A DNA stretch of 63,995 nt, the filler included, from Stramenopiles sp. TOSAG23-3 (Eukaryota): NCBI GenBank assembly GCA_900128585.1. It is 5 parts of 5 records of this genome, joined end to end, with 100 filler letters (N's around TTAATTAATTAA, not from the genome) between each part and the next. Parts side by side here need not be neighbours in the genome. Positions count along the whole stretch, not along the records: positions 39,040 to 51,941 come from LT642659.1; positions 52,042 to 63,995 come from LT642717.1; 3 more parts are not named here. The stretch is one strand, 5' to 3'. Positions 44,454 to 55,428 of the stretch are shown here, in pieces. The notes below the pieces were generated by a model. It worked only from the letters and a program-made list of their open reading frames with translations, was not told where the DNA came from and searched no databases. Position 1 is the first letter of the stretch. Every line of letters starts with the position of its first letter. The translations under genes and the position numbers were made by a program.

Positions 44454-45602
44454 TTACTCGCGCGAAATTGGTGCTTTCCAACCCCCGACTTTTGACGGCG
44501 GCCGGAAAACATTACTGTATGGTTCTCCTTTATCCATGAACTCTTTCCAGATGCTTTGGTTCTTTACCAAATTATCCGAGTACCATTTCCCCAACTCGGG
44601 CAAAAAGCGTTCGAACAGCTTGAACAGGTCAATCAGCATGAAGGTAATGAACCCCCACTGGCATTTTGGCGTTTCCACAGACTCGCGGTCACAATTGAAA
44701 GACACGGGCAACCCAAGCGCCTTTTCAGTGTCGCCTTGGCTCCAAAACTCGTTCATGATGCAGACCGCCCACCGCTCCGTCACGCTCCATCCTTTTGCGC
44801 AGTTGCTAATATCGGCACAGTGCATCATGAATGATGCGAACAAACTTCTTTCTTCAGAAGTAAACCTACCACCCAAATCAATTCCTTTGTCGACGTCTTC
44901 TTGGCAAATTCCGCATTCTTTTGCTTCCATGCCTTTTTCTGTTCGCACCTCGTTCAACGTAGCCAAAAACTTGCCATGAAAGGCTTCAATTTTGCCCACC
45001 AAATCTTTGTGCAATGACATGTCCGTCCACTTGATGCAGTCGACAATCAAATTGTACGCTTCTGAGTTCTCTTCAAAAATATTCAATTTTTCCACCATTG
45101 GCATAGCAAAGTCTATGGATTGCAGTTCAAGGACAGACTTGTTGTCGTACTTCAGTGCAACGGGGGCTTTAGTATTTACGTAAAACATGTTGTTCATGCC
45201 TGGGTGCAACACGTCGTGGGCGTACGCTGCGAGCAGCATACCGGTTTGCTCGTGCTTCGGCAGAACCACGCTGCCCCCGGCAGACAACATACTATGTGAG
45301 GTCAGCATAACGTCCAGGGCGTGGGTATACGTGTGATACCCTTTGCATGCCCCTGGTTCCAATGCTTCCAAATAGCCGGCGCGCACGGCGTCCCAAAACT
45401 TTCTCAGGGAGTCCTCGGAGCCTCCCGCTGTCTCGTAGTTTGCACCGTCACTATCTTTCCCGAAAAGTCCTAGAAATACTTTATTTTGAGTTTCCAACGT
45501 TTCCGACAGGGCGAACGGGTCGATGTCCCGTTGGGCCAACTCCGCTCTGACGGACCTCTCCCCTACCAACTGTTTTTCGTTGTCCTGTGCCAATGCCGAC
45601 AT
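44454..45602 (-). CDS. Class I cyclic-nucleotide phosphodiesterase (catalytic domain only)
   Basis: YHTYTHALDV, HDVLHPGMNN, TDMSLH, MHCADISN, EFWSQGD. Confidence 0.93.
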   Translation of the reverse strand: MSALAQDNEKQLVGERSVRAELAQRDIDPFALSETLETQNKVFLGLFGKDSDGANYETAGGSEDSLRKFWDAVRAGYLEALEPGACKGYHTYTHALDVMLTSHSMLSAGGSVVLPKHEQTGMLLAAYAHDVLHPGMNNMFYVNTKAPVALKYDNKSVLELQSIDFAMPMVEKLNIFEENSEAYNLIVDCIKWTDMSLHKDLVGKIEAFHGKFLATLNEVRTEKGMEAKECGICQEDVDKGIDLGGRFTSEERSLFASFMMHCADISNCAKGWSVTERWAVCIMNEFWSQGDTEKALGLPVSFNCDRESVETPKCQWGFITFMLIDLFKLFERFLPELGKWYSDNLVKNQSIWKEFMDKGEPYSNVFRPPSKVGGWKAPISRE

Positions 45603-47780
45603 TGTCTTTTAACTACAATTGAATACTCCTGGACCCAAATACGCTTTGCCTACACCCCCTGAAAATACGCAGAGCCTGAACAGATAAATACACACACAGG
45701 CGGCGGTTGAAAAACTACGCGCCCTCGCTGTGAATAGCTGTACAAACAAACTTTTGTTACCTGTTCACCCCCTCGGCGTTATCTCTCTAACCATATACCT
45801 TCTTCCCATCGTTGCAACGGGGAAAAGTTTAATTACTTTCCTTCCTTTAGGGCGCACTGTCGTACACCTACAATCCTCCGAATACAAGAAGTTCTCTGTT
45901 TTTATTAAGCAACAGCAACTAACATGCGTCATTGGTTTTTCTTCGTAGAATAATTATATTAGTAAGGATATATTCATTTTTGTAATTATGTATTAAAACC
46001 TTATATAGGGTAAATTATTTATTAATGAATGTTATCCTCCTTAATTATTAGTAGTTGATTTTTTATCATCCTCTTCCCTCCGATTATCTTAAATAAAAAT
46101 GATGTTGATCATTGTATAGCGTCGTACTAAATATTATTAAAGGGTTCATTACATTACATAGCACCAAATAGAAAGGAAGAAGATCGATCTACTTCTTCAT
46201 CATCTGTTGCTTTTACTTTTACTTTTTCTTTACTCTGATCATCTGTTTTTTTAAGTATTATTAATTGTAGTTTTGGTGTACTACTACTGTANNNNNNNTA
46301 CCTACGTACGGCATTATATCTAGTCGTCTATTTATTTATTCTACTCCTTCACTCTCTTTGCTATTTCGATCTTCTATTCTATAGAATCTATAGGAATAGT
46401 AGGATGATGAATTATTTAGGTTGTTTTATAAGTACAGCATAGTAAAACTGTACCTACCAGGTAACTAACTCAAAAACGAATAAGATGAAAAGGATTTAGT
46501 AGCTATAGCTATAGCTATATAGCAATAGCAATAGCAATAGCAATATAGCTACAGAATGAAAGTAAAAATCGTCTTTGTTTTCTTCCTTTTACAGTAGCTT
46601 TTAGGTTGTTTCCATTTTGTCTTTTGTGTTTGTGTTTGTTGGTTTGGTGGTCAGAGGAGGAGCAAGTCAAGTCATACAGACAGTTGCTATACTGTTTGTA
46701 TATTAATGACATTGCTCTACAGCTAATACAAAAAAAAAATAAAAGTGATAAAGTGAACACAGCGAGATCGAGATCATCCAGGATCAAAATGGGTGAAATT
46801 GGAGAAACACCCATTCTCCAATTTTCAAACCCTCATTCTAACTTTATTCATATTGTACTTAATGTATTCTAAAGATCATTATATACCTATATATATATAT
46901 AATTAACATCTACATATCATTGTGTTTACTTTCTTCGTGGAAATGAAATTACTCCCTGTGCCCTTTTATTTTGTCGATCTCTTTGCTCTTCTCCTTCTCC
47001 TTCTTCTGAATCTTCCTTTCCAATGGAATTTCGTGTTTTTTCATTGATTAAGGATAAGCTAAGCTAAGCTACTACCAACTACTCAAAATAGAATACTTTT
47101 ATTATAAAATTGTTTTATATCGTACCTTGTCCTTATTGCCACTTATATGATATGTACGTATTAAAATACCATCATGAAATGATGGGTTTTAAAATATCTT
47201 ATATTTATTACTTTTGTGGCTCTTTGTTAATCTCATGTTTTGTTTTAGAGATACGACGGACTTGCTTCACATCATATTTTCTTCTTTCTCTTCTTCTTCT
47301 TTCTTCTAATTTAATAATCTAAAATATAGTCGTATAATAATAATTATAAAAAATAATAATAATAATAATATATCTTATTATTCCAATTATCTAGTCGTCG
47401 TCTTCTACTATTTTATCTTCTTTCTTCTTTTTTATTATCTTTCTTCTTTTTTTTTTTCTTCATCATTTTTTTAATTAACAACAACTATTTTTTATTATAC
47501 ATATATATTATACTTACTTATTGTTGAAAACGACATTAGGTACACCGAAGGAACTTGCATTCATGGTATAAAGTGTACTGTTCTTTTTTAAGAAGCGTTG
47601 ATTGAAGTGAATGTACGAAGAATAGAAAGAACAAAGCATACAGGCCGTGTACGTATTTTTTAAAGGTTGGTGTTTTCTTCGTGCGAGACACAAAAGAAAC
47701 GAGAGGTTTTGAACCTTGCCCTGCGCACACACGCCCCTGCTGCCCTGCGCGACTTATTTTTTGTCGTTCGCGTCGAAAGG

Positions 47781-50700
47781 ATGAGTTTGTTCTCCTCGTG
47801 GAGTAATCAGAATAAAAAAAGGTCTGGAGATAGTGGCAGCGGCAAGAGCTCTGGGAACCCGTTCCAGACTGATGCCCCTGCTGCCCCCAGGTTATCAGGG
47901 GGTGGGAACCCCTTCGGCAAGCCACCCCCCCAGGCCAAAAAGCCGTCCGCAAACCCGTTCTTTCAAGCGGGAAGTAGTGCTGGGGTCGGGATACCACAGG
48001 CGTCTGAAAACCCTTTTGCCACCAGCGCCAATGCAAAAACGACTTCTTCCTTTTCGTCAATCCCTAGGGCCTCCCAATTCTCCGATCTGCCGTCCTCGTT
48101 CTCCAGCAACACGGATGACGCCGAGGAGGCCTACCGCGAACAGCTGGTGCGAAAGAAGAAAGCCCACTTTGCACGACGGAATAAGACTAAGACGTCTCGG
48201 GCGACAGACGCGGACGAGAAGGCAAAATACCCACTTTTCAAAATCGTGCGACAGGACAGTTGGCAAACGGACAGCGTTCGGCAGAGCAAGGGGAATATAT
48301 TGGTTATGACCGCTGCGAACCGCACCCTTGTTTTTGCCACGAGCAACCAACGCATCGTTCGCTGGTCCATGAATTCTGGGGAGCCGGCAGAAGAGTTCGA
48401 TGTGTCCAAGAAATGCGGGGGAAACATTGAGCGTTTGTTTTTGGACCCGACGGGCAGCCACCTCATTATCGCTTGCAACAATTCGGAAAATTTTTACATG
48501 CACTCGTCGTACAAGAAGGTGCGCACATTGCACAAGACAAAGGGCGTGTACTTATGCTCGGTGGCGTGGAACAAGAAGGAGGGGACGGAGAAAAATACCA
48601 AGGCGATATTGTTGGGCGGAAGAAACGGGGAAATATACGAAACATCGCTCGATGATGTAAATAGAGAAAAGTACTTTAAGAAGGTTTACCAGCTGACCGA
48701 GAGCCCAGGTATCGTGTGCGGCATCGAGTGGGAGACCTTTCACACGGGTATATCGGAGGAAGAGTCGAAATATTTCGTCATGGTCGCCACTGCCGAGCCA
48801 TCTCGGCACTACCATTTCATCGGCGGTCCGACCTTTGAAGGCCTGTTCGGGCGCTACGACGAGGACCAGCACGATCGCTTCAGCGAAGTTCCGGGGCACT
48901 TGCCGTACGGAGAGCTGCATTTTTATTCCGAGTCGTCTGAAATGAGGGCGGAGTCCTTCGCCCTGTTGACCCAGATCGGAGTGGTGAACGGACAGTTCAT
49001 GTTCGGATCGCAATCTGTCGGCGACACGGTGGTGAAGGATTCGAAGCTGGTGAAGTACCCAAGGAGGAGCGAGCAAGACGGCAGCATGATGGGCATGAGC
49101 AGTGCCGCTGGGAGCGGGGGCAGCCAATCGGACAGCGCAGGGGGGTCTGCGCCGTTGTCGATGATGGTTACCAAATTCCACTTTTTGTTTTTGTACGAAG
49201 ACCGCCTTGTTGCCGTCAGCCGGCTCTCGTCTGCTACCAAGGTCACCTTTGAGATACAGCTGGACCGACATTACCACGGTGTCGTGAAGAGTTTAGTGCG
49301 GGACCCGGTCGGGAGCAAGTTGTGGCTCTGCACGGCCACGAGTGTGTTCCAGATTGTGCTTGACCGGGAAGACCGCGACGTTTGGAACTTATACCTGGAT
49401 CAGGCGAAGCAGGGCGACGGGCGAGAATTTGAATTCGCTTTTCAGCACGCAAACACAAAGGAGCAGCAAGAGATCGTTCGCTCCGTGCAGGCAGACTACT
49501 ATTTCGAGCGCAAAGAGTACGTGATCGCTGCGCGGTACTACGCCATGACCAGCCGATCGTTTGAGGAAGTCGCGCTGAAGTTTGCCGACGAGGATTCGGA
49601 GAAAGCCTTGAAAACCTTTGTTCAGGCCAAATTAGAGAGTCTGGGGCGCACGCAGTCGACCCAGCGCACGATCCTATCCCTGTGGCTCGTAGAAATGTCG
49701 CTCTCTCAGATGAACGAGGAGGAGAACTCGGATATGCTCGGAGACACCGAGCTTGCACTGTTACAAACGGAGTTCAAGAATTTTTTGAGCGCGAACAAGG
49801 CGCATTTGGGGATGTCGGAATGCGCCGAGACGACGTTCCAGCTGATTTCCTCCCACGGGAGAATGGACATGCTCCTGTACTTTGCTGAACTGATAGAGGA
49901 CTATGAGCGTATGATGATGCTGCACGTTCAGGAAGAAAATTACGAGGGCGCGGTCGAGCTGCTCCAAGTACAGTCGCAAAAGTACATAGAGATCCACCGG
50001 CGACCGCCGGAGAAGATAGAAAATCTGTTTTACAAATTTTCCCCCGTGCTCATGGAGCACGCGCCGAAGTCCACCGTGCAGGCGTGGAAAGGAATGCGCC
50101 GCTTTTTGGTCGCATCGAAGCTCATTCCGTCACTCGTCCGTTATAGTCAGCGAAAGCAGGAGATGGCGCAGCGTAGCATTCGAAAACAGGAGCTGAAAGT
50201 ACGACTGCAAAAGTACGACTCGTACTCCGACGCCACCGGCGACGACGAGGACGGCCAGAAGGACGATGGCAAGGATTACGCCGTCGAGTACTTGGAATTC
50301 TGCGTGACGGAGAACAGGAACAAAGAGGCCGCGATACACAATTTCTTGGTGTCCCTCTACGCCCAACGACAGGACGAGGGCAAGAAAATTATTGAGTTTC
50401 TAGACACTCAGGGGCCCAAGCCTTGCTTTGACTTGGACTACGCGCTGCGTGTGTGCATCCGGTCCAACCAGAGCCTGGCCTGCATTCGCATTTACAGCAT
50501 GATGGGGCTGCCGGACGAAGCCGTCTCGCTTGCGTTACGCAGTGGAAACATTGAGCTCGCAAAGAAACACGCTGACATGCCAACCGACGACGATGATATG
50601 AAGAAAAAGTTGTGGCTGAAGATCGCCAAACAAATCATTACGCAACAGGGAGACATTAAGCAGGCGATTGAAATCATTCGAGACAGCGACGAGCTGCTCA

Positions 50701-51278
50701 AGATTGAGGACATTTTGCCTTTGTTTCCGGATTTTACTGCGATTGAAGATTTTAAAGATGAGGTCTGCGTTGCGCTGGAGGGGTACACCGAGCAAATCAA
50801 GGCGTTGAAAGAGGAGATGAACGAATACGTGGAAAGTGCAGAACAGATTCGGGAAGACATCAAACGGCTGCAAAAACGAAGCGGTCAAGTCAACACCCGG
50901 GCGCGCTGTGAGTTGACGGGTCAGTACATCATTGGCAACGAGTTTTACTTGCTGCCCGATGGGCGCGCGTACCTTGCTGACGCTCTCCTGAAGTGGGTGC
51001 TCGAGAACGAAAAGAACTGCGTCAGGGCTGGGTTCGAGATCGATTTCAAGTCGATTCGTGCACTCAAGGAAGAGATTCGACTGATCGACGAGAATTTTGA
51101 GGAGACGGCCGCTCGCGGAGAATCTTATAAGCAAGTCGCTTTGGCAAATAGGCGAAGCGCGCAAAAGCAGCTCGACGAGAACATCGCGAACGGTGTGATC
51201 ATCGACATGATCCACATTGCGAACATTGACGTGCCGTTCACCGCAGACGGCGAAGACCCTAGCTCGTGGGACTTGTAG
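47781..51278 (+). CDS. VPS18: Vacuolar protein sorting 18 (HOPS/CORVET)
   Basis: LFLDPTGSHL, EDRDVWNLYL, SFEEVALKF, FDLDYALRVC, KKLWLKIA, LKIEDILPLFPDF. Confidence 0.93.
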   Translation: MSLFSSWSNQNKKRSGDSGSGKSSGNPFQTDAPAAPRLSGGGNPFGKPPPQAKKPSANPFFQAGSSAGVGIPQASENPFATSANAKTTSSFSSIPRASQFSDLPSSFSSNTDDAEEAYREQLVRKKKAHFARRNKTKTSRATDADEKAKYPLFKIVRQDSWQTDSVRQSKGNILVMTAANRTLVFATSNQRIVRWSMNSGEPAEEFDVSKKCGGNIERLFLDPTGSHLIIACNNSENFYMHSSYKKVRTLHKTKGVYLCSVAWNKKEGTEKNTKAILLGGRNGEIYETSLDDVNREKYFKKVYQLTESPGIVCGIEWETFHTGISEEESKYFVMVATAEPSRHYHFIGGPTFEGLFGRYDEDQHDRFSEVPGHLPYGELHFYSESSEMRAESFALLTQIGVVNGQFMFGSQSVGDTVVKDSKLVKYPRRSEQDGSMMGMSSAAGSGGSQSDSAGGSAPLSMMVTKFHFLFLYEDRLVAVSRLSSATKVTFEIQLDRHYHGVVKSLVRDPVGSKLWLCTATSVFQIVLDREDRDVWNLYLDQAKQGDGREFEFAFQHANTKEQQEIVRSVQADYYFERKEYVIAARYYAMTSRSFEEVALKFADEDSEKALKTFVQAKLESLGRTQSTQRTILSLWLVEMSLSQMNEEENSDMLGDTELALLQTEFKNFLSANKAHLGMSECAETTFQLISSHGRMDMLLYFAELIEDYERMMMLHVQEENYEGAVELLQVQSQKYIEIHRRPPEKIENLFYKFSPVLMEHAPKSTVQAWKGMRRFLVASKLIPSLVRYSQRKQEMAQRSIRKQELKVRLQKYDSYSDATGDDEDGQKDDGKDYAVEYLEFCVTENRNKEAAIHNFLVSLYAQRQDEGKKIIEFLDTQGPKPCFDLDYALRVCIRSNQSLACIRIYSMMGLPDEAVSLALRSGNIELAKKHADMPTDDDDMKKKLWLKIAKQIITQQGDIKQAIEIIRDSDELLKIEDILPLFPDFTAIEDFKDEVCVALEGYTEQIKALKEEMNEYVESAEQIREDIKRLQKRSGQVNTRARCELTGQYIIGNEFYLLPDGRAYLADALLKWVLENEKNCVRAGFEIDFKSIRALKEEIRLIDENFEETAARGESYKQVALANRRSAQKQLDENIANGVIIDMIHIANIDVPFTADGEDPSSWDL

Positions 51279-51430
51279 ATGTCCGCGTGAAAAATTGCAA
51301 CAGCACTTATCCGGCCTTAGAATGTTCATTTTAAATAACGAAAAGCGGGAGAATTATAAATTGTAAGTCGTACGAGTCATGCGTTTATTTTAATTCTTAT
51401 GTACAGGGCCTGCCCCCTTCGAAAAGCCAT

Positions 51431-51670
51431 TTAATCGTAATACCTAGACTTCATTACACGGTATTTTTTCAGTTTGATGATTCCAGTAAGCTCGTTTCTA
51501 ACGTACCAGCGCCCCCTTGCAACGGCCTTCTTTATTTCAAAATCGTCAGTCAAGTGAGCATTCATTTGAAAATACTCTTTGGCTTTTCGTTTTACAACGT
51601 CAAGCCCGCCTGGATAGTCTGCACCAACAATCAACACCCGTTTGTACAAGTCCCTAACCTTTGGGTGCAT
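51431..51670 (-). CDS. ETFRF1: LYR-motif protein 5 / ETF regulatory factor 1
   Basis: LYKRVLIVGADYP...LKKYRVMKSRYY matches LYRM5. Confidence 0.85.
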   Translation of the reverse strand: MHPKVRDLYKRVLIVGADYPGGLDVVKRKAKEYFQMNAHLTDDFEIKKAVARGRWYVRNELTGIIKLKKYRVMKSRYYD

Positions 51671-51941
51671 AGTGCTACCAAACAACCCCCCAATTTCACC
51701 TACAATTCTTCAGTGGGTTGGCAAAGACTATCCAACCGTTCGCATTAAATTCACTAACGAATAATAGAATTGCGTCAACGTGTGGATATATTGTTTAACA
51801 TTCGTCCATTTGTGTTTGAATTCCGTTTGTATGTCAGTTACGCTTGTTCGTTGAAATTTAGAATAAAAAGAAATGGGCTCTGCTCAAGACTAACTTGGAC
51901 TAATTTATTACTACGTATACATCTTCACATTTTACTATAAT

Positions 51942-52041
51942 NNNNNNNNNNNNNNNNNNNNNNNNNNNNNNNNNNNNNNNNNNNNTTAATTAATTAANNN
52001 NNNNNNNNNNNNNNNNNNNNNNNNNNNNNNNNNNNNNNNNN
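51942..52041. other. Artificial contig spacer
   Basis: N44-TTAATTAATTAA-N44. Confidence 0.98.
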
Positions 52042-53057
52042 TCTACTTTTACAAATTCGTAGCCATAATATTTCTTTGCACCTTGTTTCAGTACTTCGAA
52101 TATCTTTTTTTGTTTTATTCCCTGTATCCATGGGTCGTACAATTCAAGACGCTTGCCATTTTTAACAACTATCCTACTATGGAAGTGGGAATTGTTCATA
52201 TCTCCGTATGCAACACCCGCTACCGTGCAATCGCTTTTGAGAAAGTCACCGAATAACCACCCAAACTCTTGTGCCTCTTCTGCATCTACTGCATCGAATC
52301 TGAGTAATTCACAAAACAACGTGTTGTAGACGGTGCACAGATAGTTCTGTATGTCTCCTGCATCACCATTCGTCACGCCTTCTACATTGAACATGTATTT
52401 GTAGGCACCAGTTCTTCCGAATCGTACGGGACCATATTGTCCGGGTAGAGTGAGACCTAACTCTTTCACAGCCTTTCGAATGTTCGGTGGAAAGGTCACC
52501 GGGCTCGTAAACCCAAGAATTTTAGCACCAGTACGAGAACGCAACCGATTGGTTAGTGGCCCGGTATATCTGCTATTGATCGTGTTTACACACGTTTGAA
52601 AGTAGGACAGGTTGATCCGATTCATGAAATTGTCGGTGTAGGACACCGTTCGTTTTTCTTCTGACCTGTATTGTTTCACGACTCTGTAGTACACCTCGTT
52701 CCTAAATGGAAATGAGGACCGTGCGTGCCACGCTTTCGGTAACGCGTAAAAGATTTCTACAACGTTCAGGCCATTGCCTGTAATGTAAAATTTATCTTTA
52801 AATTCTACCTGTAACTGGAGGACGCCCGGTACCGGCGTAGGTATGTTTAAGTTGTTATGCAACCATTGCGATGATGTTTCATCTATTTGACCTTGCCAAT
52901 TGATGTTGTATACGGTGATTTCGTAATATTCTCCATCCTTCTCGAAGCGTAGAATGGGTTCATTGTCCTCGACAGTTTCCTGTTTCTCGTACCCTAGTTT
53001 CTTATAGGGTTGCAACAAGTTTAAAAACTCATTCAAGACCGTTGAGAATTCCGGCAT
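52042..53057 (-). CDS. Viral hypothetical protein, 3'-truncated; possible cysteine-peptidase-like C-terminus
   Basis: Open frame to the contig edge; HSRIVVKNGKRLELYDPW resembles His/Asp strands of CE-clan-like proteases (weak). Confidence 0.6.
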
Positions 53058-53098
53058 ATTAAACAAAATTGTACAAATTAATAGTATGATTAAAGTGA

Positions 53099-53521
53099 TT
53101 ATATTATAATATACGCCGTTCTTGCTTCTTCCACAAACGCTTGCATGCTGTCAAACTTACTTTTCCCATTGAGATGGTTTTGGCACATTTGCGGGAGATG
53201 GTGTTGGTAGTACGCGGAGAAGCGCTGTGGGTCTACTTTGGCTTCTTGCAAGAGTTTGTTTGCATAGTCTGGCGTCAAGTATAGGCCAAACAGCATGGCG
53301 GCGTGCTTTGCAACCCGGGAGTTATTTTGTAGGGCACGCTGTAGCATTTTGCGTAGTCGGTTGCTTGCCTGTGTGAACTCTGCCAGTGTGAGATCGCGTA
53401 TTTCGCGTATGATGTTATCCACGCACTGAGTGTTCTTGTCCATGAATGCACGATAGATAACATCTGCCTCTTCCCTTTGTTTGTCCAATTGTTGTTTTTC
53501 TTCGTAAAAGGAAGTTTGCAT
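53099..53521 (-). CDS. Viral hypothetical helical protein
   Basis: 140-aa ATG ORF divergent from patatin across a 39-nt TATA-rich spacer. Confidence 0.7.
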   Translation of the reverse strand: MQTSFYEEKQQLDKQREEADVIYRAFMDKNTQCVDNIIREIRDLTLAEFTQASNRLRKMLQRALQNNSRVAKHAAMLFGLYLTPDYANKLLQEAKVDPQRFSAYYQHHLPQMCQNHLNGKSKFDSMQAFVEEARTAYIII

Positions 53522-53560
53522 TTTTACGTATAAATAAGAATATATATATGATAAATCACT

Positions 53561-54484
53561 ATGACCTTTAAACGATTATTGGCTTTATCCAGTGGTGGGG
53601 ACAGAGGTGCGGTTTTGATCGGAATGTTACACGGTATGTACCAAACGGTAGGAAAGAAGCGATGTCAATGGACTCAGATCAGCGGTATAAGTGCGGGGTC
53701 TATTGTTGGTGCGTTGGTCTCTCAGACGACGCCAGAGACCTTTGATATTGTAATGGAGAGAGCAAGGGATATGTTCGAACTCGGTGGTTTTCACGTGGTA
53801 CAACCTCATTCAAGGTGGGGTACCATGATCAATGCTATTGACGCCCTGATGTACTATTCTTCGTTGTATTCAAACGAGGCGTTGATAAAATTAATCCATG
53901 AACAATTTAGCGAAGACTTAATGATAACGCCATTGACCTGTGGTGCATACAACAAAGACACTTGTGAGTACGAGACCTTTTCAAAAAATTTACAAGAAGC
54001 CATTGTTGCGAGTGCATCTGTTCCTATTGTGTTCCCACCAATGGAAATTAACGGTCATTTGTACCAAGATGGTGCGTTGCGACATATAATACCTGTGCGT
54101 GAGATTATCGAATTTTTAAAAAGCAACCGTGTGTGTGAAGTGGACGTTATGGTATGTTATCCGATATCGAACCGTCACAAGTTTTTTGCTGCAAATACAC
54201 CCACCGGCTACTTGCCATTGTTGGAAGAGTTCTTTCGAACAATAACGGACCAGATGTTGAGTACGATGTTGAACGATTTGCAGCTGCTTGCAGACTACTT
54301 GGAAGTGGACGTGAACGAATTGTGGCGAGACCCATGCAATACGGTGAAGAAGAACGGCCAAACCATTAACATCTATTCCCCTAAAAATGCCAAATTCACA
54401 ACTTTCACGGACATACAGAAAGAAGAGATGGAGGAAATGTACAACGATGGCAAGAGCGCCATACAAGAGTATTTAAAGCAGTAA
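53561..54484 (+). CDS. Patatin-like phospholipase
   Basis: SSGGDRG Gly-rich loop, GISAG nucleophile, ASASVP, DGA catalytic Asp. Confidence 0.93.
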   Translation: MTFKRLLALSSGGDRGAVLIGMLHGMYQTVGKKRCQWTQISGISAGSIVGALVSQTTPETFDIVMERARDMFELGGFHVVQPHSRWGTMINAIDALMYYSSLYSNEALIKLIHEQFSEDLMITPLTCGAYNKDTCEYETFSKNLQEAIVASASVPIVFPPMEINGHLYQDGALRHIIPVREIIEFLKSNRVCEVDVMVCYPISNRHKFFAANTPTGYLPLLEEFFRTITDQMLSTMLNDLQLLADYLEVDVNELWRDPCNTVKKNGQTINIYSPKNAKFTTFTDIQKEEMEEMYNDGKSAIQEYLKQ

Positions 54485-54499
54485 TATATTATATATCAA

Positions 54500-54796
54500 A
54501 TGCAATGCCTATCGAAGAAACCAGTATCTACAATGTCCATCGTATGCGAGTACACGTATGCCGATATTATGGAGGCAGTGTCTACGGGTAAGTTGGACAA
54601 CAAGTATTTAAGAGGGATGGTAAATACCTGTAAGAATAACGATAGCGTAATGTTTTTAATTTATAAAGCGTACGCTCGTAGTGTGTTGTTGATGTTTAAG
54701 AATAGTTGCGTGGAGATAGACGGGTCTAAACTGCCTAATTATTTGAACGATTATTGCAAAGAAAATACTATATATGTATTTACGTATGTAACTTAA
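54500..54796 (+). CDS. Viral hypothetical protein
   Basis: 98-aa ORF; GTATTTAAAG 31 nt upstream. Confidence 0.7.
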   Translation: MQCLSKKPVSTMSIVCEYTYADIMEAVSTGKLDNKYLRGMVNTCKNNDSVMFLIYKAYARSVLLMFKNSCVEIDGSKLPNYLNDYCKENTIYVFTYVT

Positions 54797-54798
54797 AG

Positions 54799-55299
54799 AT
54801 GGCATTTATGTACTACCCTGTTGCAGTTGCAGGTACCTACTTCATAGGTCGTAATATTCTGTACCGCGGAACCACCTATGCCATTGATTACATGCTTAAT
54901 TCAAACGCGGACCCAGACATCAAAGAAACGCACACTGTACATACCATTGAGTCTATGCTGAGTCAATACATTATTAAACGGTCGCACCCAGCGTACGAAA
55001 GTCGAAGATCGCTTAAACTGGCGCTCGACGATTTGAAGGATGCTGTGGACCGTGCTCGTTTAAAGCTTAGTGTGCATGAGAGCGGATGGTTGACTCGCTT
55101 TCGCACCTTTGATGCCAGAGCAGACAACTGTATCATTGAACACAAAGCAAAGGAGCTTATGAATCGACTCGATATATTCACAAAACTTATCCAATTACCA
55201 AGCAAACCCATGTTAACTGTTGTAGACGATAAGCAATATCAACATGATAATACATATCATAGCTATACAGAACAACCCGACAGCATTGCAGATGAGTAA
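54799..55299 (+). CDS. Viral hypothetical helical protein
   Basis: ATG at 54799 with TATATAT 30 nt upstream; HESGWLTRFRTFD segment reminiscent of giant-virus proteins. Confidence 0.7.
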   Translation: MAFMYYPVAVAGTYFIGRNILYRGTTYAIDYMLNSNADPDIKETHTVHTIESMLSQYIIKRSHPAYESRRSLKLALDDLKDAVDRARLKLSVHESGWLTRFRTFDARADNCIIEHKAKELMNRLDIFTKLIQLPSKPMLTVVDDKQYQHDNTYHSYTEQPDSIADE

Positions 55300-55389
55300 A
55301 ATATCGTGCCAATTGAAGGATTCCTTTTCGGGGACACGAACAATGTTGAGGTCTTGCCGTGGATTATTTCTTTCTGGGTAGTCCTCCAT
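55213..55389 (-). CDS. 58-aa tail-anchored membrane microprotein (absent from the ORF track)
   Basis: Hand translation MEDYPERNNPRQDLNIVRVPEKESFNWHDILLICNAVGLFCIAMICIIMLILLIVYNS*; GTATAAATA 27 nt upstream. Confidence 0.7.
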   Translation of the reverse strand: MEDYPERNNPRQDLNIVRVPEKESFNWHDILLICNAVGLFCIAMICIIMLILLIVYNS

Positions 55390-55428
55390 TTACGGAATGA
55401 TATATTCTATTTATACAATGTCTTTGTT

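Noticed and set aside
45950-47560. ORFs in the long AT-rich spacer (e.g. 46515-46872, 47110-47322)
   Set aside because: Low-complexity, microsatellite-driven translations with no family signal; the region also contains a small N gap.
482-51329. Many 60-260 aa ORFs antisense to or nested in long host genes
   Set aside because: Shadow ORFs expected in GC-rich coding sequence; no recognisable motifs.
51942-52041. Apparent integration of the virus next to host genes
   Set aside because: The junction is an artificial spacer. Contig lengths (at least 12924, then 12911, 12904, 12902) show size-sorted concatenation, so adjacency is not physical.
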